Assembly (NCBI GenBank): GCA_020341815.1
Contig: CP070837.1
Location: 135,229-199,228 of the forward strand
DNA from: Candidatus Omnitrophota bacterium
Lineage (GTDB): Bacteria; Omnitrophota; Gorgyraeia; JAFGHF01
Length of the DNA stretch: 64,000 nt
Direction: 5' to 3'
Positions 58,501 through 64,000 of this stretch are shown here, piece by piece (position 1 is the first letter of the stretch; each line of letters starts with the position of its first letter). The translations under genes were made by a program, and so were the position numbers. The notes below the pieces were generated by a model. It had not been told where the DNA came from. It searched no databases and saw only the letters and a program-made list of their open reading frames with translations.

Positions 58501-58847
58501 GAGTAATGTATAAATCCAAGATTCAGAGAGCAACTATTACGCAAACCAAACTGCACTATCAGGGCAGTATCGGCATTGATAGCGACCTTATAGAGATGGC
58601 CGATATATTGCCGAACGAAAAGGTGCAGGTGCTTAATTTAGATACGGGTGCGAGATTTGAGACCTATGTAATTAAGGAAAAGGCACGTTCAGGCACAATA
58701 TGTCTTTATGGGCCGGCTGCTCACTTGGGAAAGGTCGGTGAGAAGATATTTATTATTTCTTATTGCCTGCTCGATACTCACCAGGCCAGCAGCCTTAAAC
58801 CAAAAGTGGTCTATGTGGACGAACATAATCGAGTAAAGCCAATCTAA
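58494..58847 (+). CDS. panD: Aspartate 1-decarboxylase (pyruvoyl-dependent)
   Basis: KSKIQRATIT and the G-S autocleavage site (YQGSIGID). Confidence 0.9.
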   Translation: MLRVMYKSKIQRATITQTKLHYQGSIGIDSDLIEMADILPNEKVQVLNLDTGARFETYVIKEKARSGTICLYGPAAHLGKVGEKIFIISYCLLDTHQASSLKPKVVYVDEHNRVKPI

Positions 58848-58856
58848 AAGAAAGAG

Positions 58857-59894
58857 TTGAGGAAAATGGCTAAATGCGCAAAGATTGTGGGCACAGGTTC
58901 GTATTTACCTAAAAAGAAAATTAACAATGAACAGATGGAAAAGCTCGTGCGCAATTTTGATTATGAGCGGGCGGGTATGCCTTTTAGCCAATGGGTTGAG
59001 AAGGTGACCGGTATAAAAACGAGATACTTCGTGCAGGAGGAAGATACCGAAAGCATGGCTCGTGAGGCCTCCCTGCGGGCACTGGAGGCAGCGCAGATGA
59101 ATCCGGAGGAAATAGATTTTATTATTGTTTCCAGCTTTACGCCTACAAGGGATATTCCTAATTTAGCCTGTTCGTTGGGGGCCCTGATTGGGGCTCAAGG
59201 GGTCGGAGGTTTTCCTTTAAATGCGGCCTGCGCAGGATTCGTCTATGCTTTGTCTGTTGGATATGCCTTGATTAAATCCGATATATATAAAAATATTCTG
59301 GTGGTTTCTTCAGAAACCCTCTCACGGGTAACCGATTACGGCGATCCAACGACAGCGGTGCTTTTTGCTGACGGAGCGGGTGCGGCCATCTTACAGGCCT
59401 CAAGCCAAAGCGGCATTTGCAGTCCACCGTATTTAAGTTCAAGTTTTACCGACCACTTTGAATTGCGAAACTCAGATGCCTATGGCCCTGAGAATATAAA
59501 GGAGATAGAGGGGCAGGAATTTTTTCCGCGCAGCACCCTGCATATGCCCGGGGGGCCTCAGGTATTAAGGAAGGCGGTAAATGGAATGGCAGAGGCCCTG
59601 CTTAAGGCATTGGAGGCGAGTCCCTACGAACTAAAAGATTTGGATTTAATTATTCCTCATCAGGCAAATCGGAGAATTACTTACGGCCTGATTGAGAAAT
59701 TGAAAATCCCGGAAAGCAAGGTTTGCCGGGTTATTGATATGATTGGTAATACCTCAGGCGCCTCGGTAGCAATAAGTTTGGATATGGCCGCGCGCAATCA
59801 GCTGCCGGATGTAAAGATAAAGCGGGGCGATAAAATCGCCATGACCACAATCGGCGGGGGTTACAGCATAGGGTCAATCGTCTTCGAATATTGA
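58857..59894 (+). CDS. fabH: 3-oxoacyl-ACP synthase III (KAS III)
   Basis: Active-site Cys region LNAACAGFVYAL. FabH-like N-terminus IVGTGSYLP. Confidence 0.75.
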   Translation: MRKMAKCAKIVGTGSYLPKKKINNEQMEKLVRNFDYERAGMPFSQWVEKVTGIKTRYFVQEEDTESMAREASLRALEAAQMNPEEIDFIIVSSFTPTRDIPNLACSLGALIGAQGVGGFPLNAACAGFVYALSVGYALIKSDIYKNILVVSSETLSRVTDYGDPTTAVLFADGAGAAILQASSQSGICSPPYLSSSFTDHFELRNSDAYGPENIKEIEGQEFFPRSTLHMPGGPQVLRKAVNGMAEALLKALEASPYELKDLDLIIPHQANRRITYGLIEKLKIPESKVCRVIDMIGNTSGASVAISLDMAARNQLPDVKIKRGDKIAMTTIGGGYSIGSIVFEY

Positions 59895-60907
59895 TGAAAA
59901 AAATATTAATTTTATTTGCCGTCTTTGCGTCTTGTTCAAGTTGTAGTGAGTGCGCTCTGATTAAACAAACTAAGCCCGCCTTAGGCACTATTGTAGAGAT
60001 TACAGTCGCAGACAAAGATAAATCTCACGAGCTTCTTTACGGCGCAATAGAAAAGGCTTTTAGTGAGATAGAAAGAATAGAAGGGCTTTTTAGTAGATTT
60101 AGGCCCGAGAGCGATATTAGCCGAATTAACAATTATTCTTCTCTTAAGCCCATTAAGGTAAGCCCTGAGACAATAGAGGTGCTTGAGGATTCAATCAAAT
60201 TCAGTCGGCTTACCGATGGGGCCTTTGATATTACGATTTGCCCCTTAATGGAGGATTGGGATTTCAAAAGGAGAAAGATTAAAAGCTTGCCGCAGGATGC
60301 ACAATTGAAGGAGTCTTTAGATAAAGTAGGCTGGCAGAATATAAATATTATTAAGGAAAAGAGGGTTGTATCTTTTGGGCAACCGCAGATGAGTCTGGAT
60401 TTAGGGGGTATTGCCAAAGGTTATGCCGTGGATAAGGCCGTAGAGGTGCTTAAGCAGGAGGGGATTGATAACGCCTTAGTTAATGCCGGGGGAGATATCT
60501 ATGCCTTAGGCAAATGTAGTAAAGTTAATAAATGGCATATTGGTCTGCAGCATCCGCGCAAGCGCGATGCGATTTTGACGGTATTAGAGTTAGAGAACAA
60601 GGCCGTGGCTACATCCGGTGATTATCAAAAATATATTGAGATTAATAAAACACGCTATAGCCATATTCTTAATCCTGAATCAGGCTGGCCTGCCTCAAAG
60701 AACGCGATAAGCGTAACGATATTGGCCGATAATTGCACCAGCGCTGATGCTTTGGCTACCTCTGTATTTGCTTTGGGCCCAGAGAAGGGAATGAGTTTAG
60801 TTAATCGTTTAGAGAATACTGAGGCTATTATGGCTGGTTTTGAAGAGGATAAGTTGTGCTTTTGGCTTTCGGAAGGACTAAGAGAAAGAGTGAGGCTTAA
60901 TCAGTGA
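59891..60907 (+). CDS. apbE: FAD:protein FMN transferase (ApbE family lipoprotein)
   Basis: Lipoprotein signal (FASCSSCSE) and ApbE-family pattern. Confidence 0.75.
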   Translation: MMKKILILFAVFASCSSCSECALIKQTKPALGTIVEITVADKDKSHELLYGAIEKAFSEIERIEGLFSRFRPESDISRINNYSSLKPIKVSPETIEVLEDSIKFSRLTDGAFDITICPLMEDWDFKRRKIKSLPQDAQLKESLDKVGWQNINIIKEKRVVSFGQPQMSLDLGGIAKGYAVDKAVEVLKQEGIDNALVNAGGDIYALGKCSKVNKWHIGLQHPRKRDAILTVLELENKAVATSGDYQKYIEINKTRYSHILNPESGWPASKNAISVTILADNCTSADALATSVFALGPEKGMSLVNRLENTEAIMAGFEEDKLCFWLSEGLRERVRLNQ

Positions 60908-61734
60908 ATAAGATACTCTTTAAAGAAGATTTGGCGCCCAATATAAAAAAGATTGTCCTGGAGGCTCCCTTTGTAGCAAAGAAGGCTTCGCCTGGTGAGT
61001 TTGTCGTAATTATTGTTGATGGACAAGGGGAAAGGGTGCCCTTGACAATTGTCGATAGCGATAAGAAAAAAGGCACGATTACCTTAATCTTTCAGGAAGT
61101 AGGAAAGACAACTTATAAGTTGGGAAAACTCAAAACAGGTGATGCGATTTTAAATCTTTTGGGCCCCCTGGGTAAAGCAGCAGAGATTAAGAAAATAGGC
61201 ACAGTAGTTACCGTAGGCGGAGGGGTGGGTATTGCTGAGGTTTATCCGCTTACCCGTGCTTTTAAGGAAGCGGGCAATTCGGTTATCTCTATTATCGGGG
61301 CAAGGTCTAAGAAGCTTTTAATTTTAGAGCAGGAATTGCGCAGCGTGAGCAACGAACTCTTTGTCACTACCGACGATGGAAGCTATGGCCGCGAGGGATT
61401 TGTCAGCGATGTCTTGGAGGAAGTAATGGCCTCTTCCAAGAAGCCGCAGCTGATTTATGCGGTAGGGCCGGTAGTGATGATGCGAGTAGTCTCTGAGCTT
61501 AGCCGTCCTTATAAGATAAAAACGCTGGTCAGCCTCAATCCGGTTATGGTTGATGCTACGGGGATGTGCGGCTCATGCAGGGTTTGCGTATGCGGAGAAA
61601 CAAAATTCGGTTGTGTGGATGGGCCGGAGTTTGACGGACACGAAATAGATTTTGCAGAGCTGGAGAAACGTCTAAAATTATTTTCGGAACAGGAAAAAAT
61701 AGCTATGGAGGGCTTAAAAATACATGCGACCTGA
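60904..61734 (+). CDS. nfnA: NADH-dependent reduced ferredoxin:NADP oxidoreductase subunit A / sulfide dehydrogenase beta (PyrK-like)
   Basis: FAD/NAD-binding ferredoxin-reductase fold and a C-terminal 2Fe-2S Cys cluster (CGSCRVCVCG...C). Confidence 0.7.
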   Translation: MNKILFKEDLAPNIKKIVLEAPFVAKKASPGEFVVIIVDGQGERVPLTIVDSDKKKGTITLIFQEVGKTTYKLGKLKTGDAILNLLGPLGKAAEIKKIGTVVTVGGGVGIAEVYPLTRAFKEAGNSVISIIGARSKKLLILEQELRSVSNELFVTTDDGSYGREGFVSDVLEEVMASSKKPQLIYAVGPVVMMRVVSELSRPYKIKTLVSLNPVMVDATGMCGSCRVCVCGETKFGCVDGPEFDGHEIDFAELEKRLKLFSEQEKIAMEGLKIHAT

Positions 61735-63112
61735 GATGCCCAGACAAGCGCCGGGAGAGCGGATTAAAAACTTCAATCCTGTAGCCTTAGGATTGACTCA
61801 GCAGCAGGCGCAGGATGAGGCAAAAAGATGCCTTAAGTGCAAGGCCTCACCCTGCGTAAAGGGCTGTCCCGTAGAGATAGATATAGTGGCCTTTATAAAA
61901 TTGATTGCGGAGGGGAAATTTACAGAAGCCGCTGAAAAAATAAAGGAGAAAAATAACCTTCCGGCAGTCTGCGGGCGGGTTTGTCCTCAGGAGGCGCAGT
62001 GTGAGCTTTGCTGTACTCTGGGGAAAAAGGGTAAGCCTATCGCTATCGGGGCGCTGGAGCGATTTGCCGCCGACTGGCAATTAAACCATCCGTCGGAAAA
62101 AAAGAAAAAAATTACTAAGAAAAGAAAAGCCGTAAAGATAGCGGTAGTGGGCTCAGGGCCTTGCGGGTTGACTTGTGCGGGAGATTTGGCTAAAATGGGG
62201 TATCAGGTAAGCCTTTTTGAGTCTTTGCATAAACCGGGAGGGGTATTGGTTTACGGTATCCCGGAGTTTCGCCTGGCCAAAAAGATTGTAGAAACAGAAA
62301 TCGATTATATTAAAAGTTTGGGTGTAACTCTTAAGGAAAATACCCTTATAGGCAAGACCTTTAGTTTAGAGGACTTGTTGAGTAAAGAGGGATATAAAGC
62401 CGTCTTTATTGCAGTGGGGGCGGGTCTTCCGCAGTTCTTAGGTATTCCCGGTGAGAACTTAGACCGGGTTTATTCCGCCAATGAGTTTTTGACGCGGGTC
62501 AATCTGATGAAAGCTTATCTCTTTCCTCAATATGACACGCCCATAAATATAGGAAAGCGAGTTGCAGTGATTGGCGGGGGAAATGTGGCCTTTGATTCGG
62601 CACGCTGCGCCATCAGGCTGGGGGCAGACGAGGTCTTTATTGTTTATAGACGCACAGAAAAAGAGATGCCTGCCAGAGTTGAGGAAATAGAGAATGCCAA
62701 AGAGGAAGGAGTAAAGTTTCATCTTTTGACCCTGCCGGTAAAAATAATGGGCGATATACGGGGATATGTCAAAGGTATGGAATGTTTAAAAATGCGCCTG
62801 GGCGAACCTGATGCCTCCGGCAGAAGAAGACCCCTTCCTATCGAAGGCTCAGAGTTTATATTAGATGTAGATACGGTTATAGTTGCCATTGGCCAGAGAC
62901 CCAATCCTTTACTGATCAAGGCCACCCCGGAGTTAAAAACCGCGAAAGGCGGAATTATCGCTATCGATGAGAAAACACAAAAGACAAATTTAGCCGGAGT
63001 ATATGCCGGAGGAGATATCACTACAGGCGCAGCTACGGTAATCAGCGCCATGGGTGCGGGAAAACGCGCAGCAGGCGCTATAGATAAATACATCAGGAGG
63101 CAACATGATTGA
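61724..63112 (+). CDS. nfnB: NfnB / sulfide dehydrogenase alpha (glutamate synthase small-subunit-like)
   Basis: Two 4Fe-4S Cys motifs followed by FAD and NAD(P) Rossmann motifs (VAVVGSGPCGL, VAVIGGGNVAFD). Confidence 0.75.
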   Translation: MRPEMPRQAPGERIKNFNPVALGLTQQQAQDEAKRCLKCKASPCVKGCPVEIDIVAFIKLIAEGKFTEAAEKIKEKNNLPAVCGRVCPQEAQCELCCTLGKKGKPIAIGALERFAADWQLNHPSEKKKKITKKRKAVKIAVVGSGPCGLTCAGDLAKMGYQVSLFESLHKPGGVLVYGIPEFRLAKKIVETEIDYIKSLGVTLKENTLIGKTFSLEDLLSKEGYKAVFIAVGAGLPQFLGIPGENLDRVYSANEFLTRVNLMKAYLFPQYDTPINIGKRVAVIGGGNVAFDSARCAIRLGADEVFIVYRRTEKEMPARVEEIENAKEEGVKFHLLTLPVKIMGDIRGYVKGMECLKMRLGEPDASGRRRPLPIEGSEFILDVDTVIVAIGQRPNPLLIKATPELKTAKGGIIAIDEKTQKTNLAGVYAGGDITTGAATVISAMGAGKRAAGAIDKYIRRQHD

Positions 63113-63932
63113 GGAAACCAGGATTAGCCGGGCTATTATTAAGACAGCAGTCGATGATTTATTAAACTCTCTAGAGGTTGATGTAGGTATTGCCGGAGCC
63201 GGCCCTGCAGGCTTGACATGCGCTTACTATTTGGCAAAAGGCGGAGCCAAGGTAGTTATTTTTGAGCGTCGCCTGAACTATGGCGGGGGCATACCCGGAG
63301 GAGGCATGCTTTTTCCCCGTGTAGTTATTCAGGAGAAGGCCATACCTATTATAGAAGACATAAAGGTAAAAATAAAAGAGTTTGCCCCGGAGTTATATAC
63401 CGCTGATTCCGTAGAGATGGTGGCAAAATTAGGTACCGCTGCTATCGATGCGGGGGTGAGGATATTCCCCGCGGTCTTCGTGGAGGATGTAGTTATCCGC
63501 GAAAACGACAGAGTAGCCGGTCTTGTTTTGAATTGGACTGCAATACATATGTCCGGATTGCACGTAGACCCTTTAGGGCTTAAGGCAAAGTTTGTAGTTG
63601 ATGCCACTGGACATGAGGCCCAGATTGCCCGTATAATAGAGCGTAAAATATATGGCGCGAAGTTCAGGACGCCCACGGGTAAAGTTATGGGTGAGAAATC
63701 GATGTGGGCGAAAGAGGCGGAAGAAAAAATAGTGCAATATACGGATGAGGCCTATCCAGGCCTTTATCTTGCCGGAATGAGTGTCTCTGCGGTATATGGC
63801 CTGCCGCGGATGGGCGCTATCTTCGGAGGGATGCTTCTTTCGGGAAAGAAGACGGCGCAATTGATATTGCAGAGGTTAGAGGAAGAGGTAATTATATCAA
63901 GTAAGGATAGTAATCTGGCGGCCCACCAGTAA
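63105..63932 (+). CDS. thi4: Thiazole synthase, Thi4 family
   Basis: DVGIAGAGPAGLTCAYYLA FAD/NAD motif. Thi4-like length and pattern. Confidence 0.75.
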   Translation: MIEETRISRAIIKTAVDDLLNSLEVDVGIAGAGPAGLTCAYYLAKGGAKVVIFERRLNYGGGIPGGGMLFPRVVIQEKAIPIIEDIKVKIKEFAPELYTADSVEMVAKLGTAAIDAGVRIFPAVFVEDVVIRENDRVAGLVLNWTAIHMSGLHVDPLGLKAKFVVDATGHEAQIARIIERKIYGAKFRTPTGKVMGEKSMWAKEAEEKIVQYTDEAYPGLYLAGMSVSAVYGLPRMGAIFGGMLLSGKKTAQLILQRLEEEVIISSKDSNLAAHQ

Positions 63933-64000
63933 TTCTGGTGAGGCTCGCCGAATTACTGTATAATAATCTGGCGGCCCACCAGTAATTCTGGTGAGGCTCG
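63911..64000. repeat. Tandem ~55-bp duplication overlapping the thi4 3' end, truncated by window edge
   Basis: AATCTGGCGGCCCACCAGTAATTCTGGTGAGGCTCG occurs at 63911-63946 and 63966-64000. It contains the hairpin CACCAG-TAATT-CTGGTG. Confidence 0.6.

Noticed and set aside
63911-64000. Possible CRISPR array at the window end.
   Set aside because: Only two repeat units, a 19-nt spacer, and the first unit overlaps the thi4 stop codon. Tandem duplication is the better description.

Overview
This is a 64 kb chromosomal segment from what looks like an uncultivated, probably anaerobic bacterium; I cannot name the organism. GC content is moderate, about 45% by eye. The GH57 glucanotransferase, NfnAB, Thi4 thiazole synthase, NadX and an LL-DAP aminotransferase fit an anaerobic lifestyle. 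All ~65 confident genes lie on the + strand, and the minus-strand ORFs in the track look spurious.

Gene content:
- A truncated GspE/PilB ATPase at the 5' edge.
- Glycogen metabolism genes (GH57, glgC, glgA) and mscS.
- leuC, a lipoprotein, leuD and leuB, then an accessory minimal nucleotidyltransferase with a small partner ORF.
- asd, truA, rplM and rpsI.
- A long biosynthetic supra-operon: argC-argJ-argB-argD-argF-argG, an inserted secreted Gly-rich repeat protein, argH, lysA, dapF, dapA, dapB, dapL, folK, panC, nadA and nadX.
- A tiny, extremely basic tandem-repeat protein, then uvrA.
- A TPR protein and a BNR beta-propeller protein.
- An XRE-HTH and ImmA/IrrE metallopeptidase pair, followed by polA.
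- glgA, coaE, rho, rpmE, prfA, prmC, murA, rpsP, trmD, rplS and rnhB.
- A PilZ-domain protein, a small EF-Tu-domain-2-like protein and a DEDD exonuclease with a WYL-like C-terminal domain.
- YjeF-N, LhgO-like oxidoreductase, PolX, Nudix, a truncated HypF-like protein, a MATE transporter, trxA, panD, fabH, apbE, nfnAB and thi4.

The most unusual feature is a family of five short elements (~76-121 bp) with terminal inverted repeats TGAACCCCGCCCTTCC ... GGAAG(A/G)GCGGGGTGAA. In four cases the element exactly fills the intergenic gap: its first triplet is the TGA stop of the upstream gene, and its last GTG, preceded by an AAGGAAG SD-like motif, is the start codon of the downstream gene. The fifth copy sits in frame inside uvrA and adds about 24 codons, which resembles Rickettsia palindromic element (RPE) insertions. 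One copy carries compensatory changes in both arms that preserve the pairing.

Other notable features are inverted arrays of heptamer repeats between argB and argD with a related copy inside leuC, a nested palindrome over the uvrA promoter, a palindromic operator over the XRE promoter, a 30-bp perfect palindrome after the PilZ gene, and a 55-bp tandem duplication cut off by the window end.
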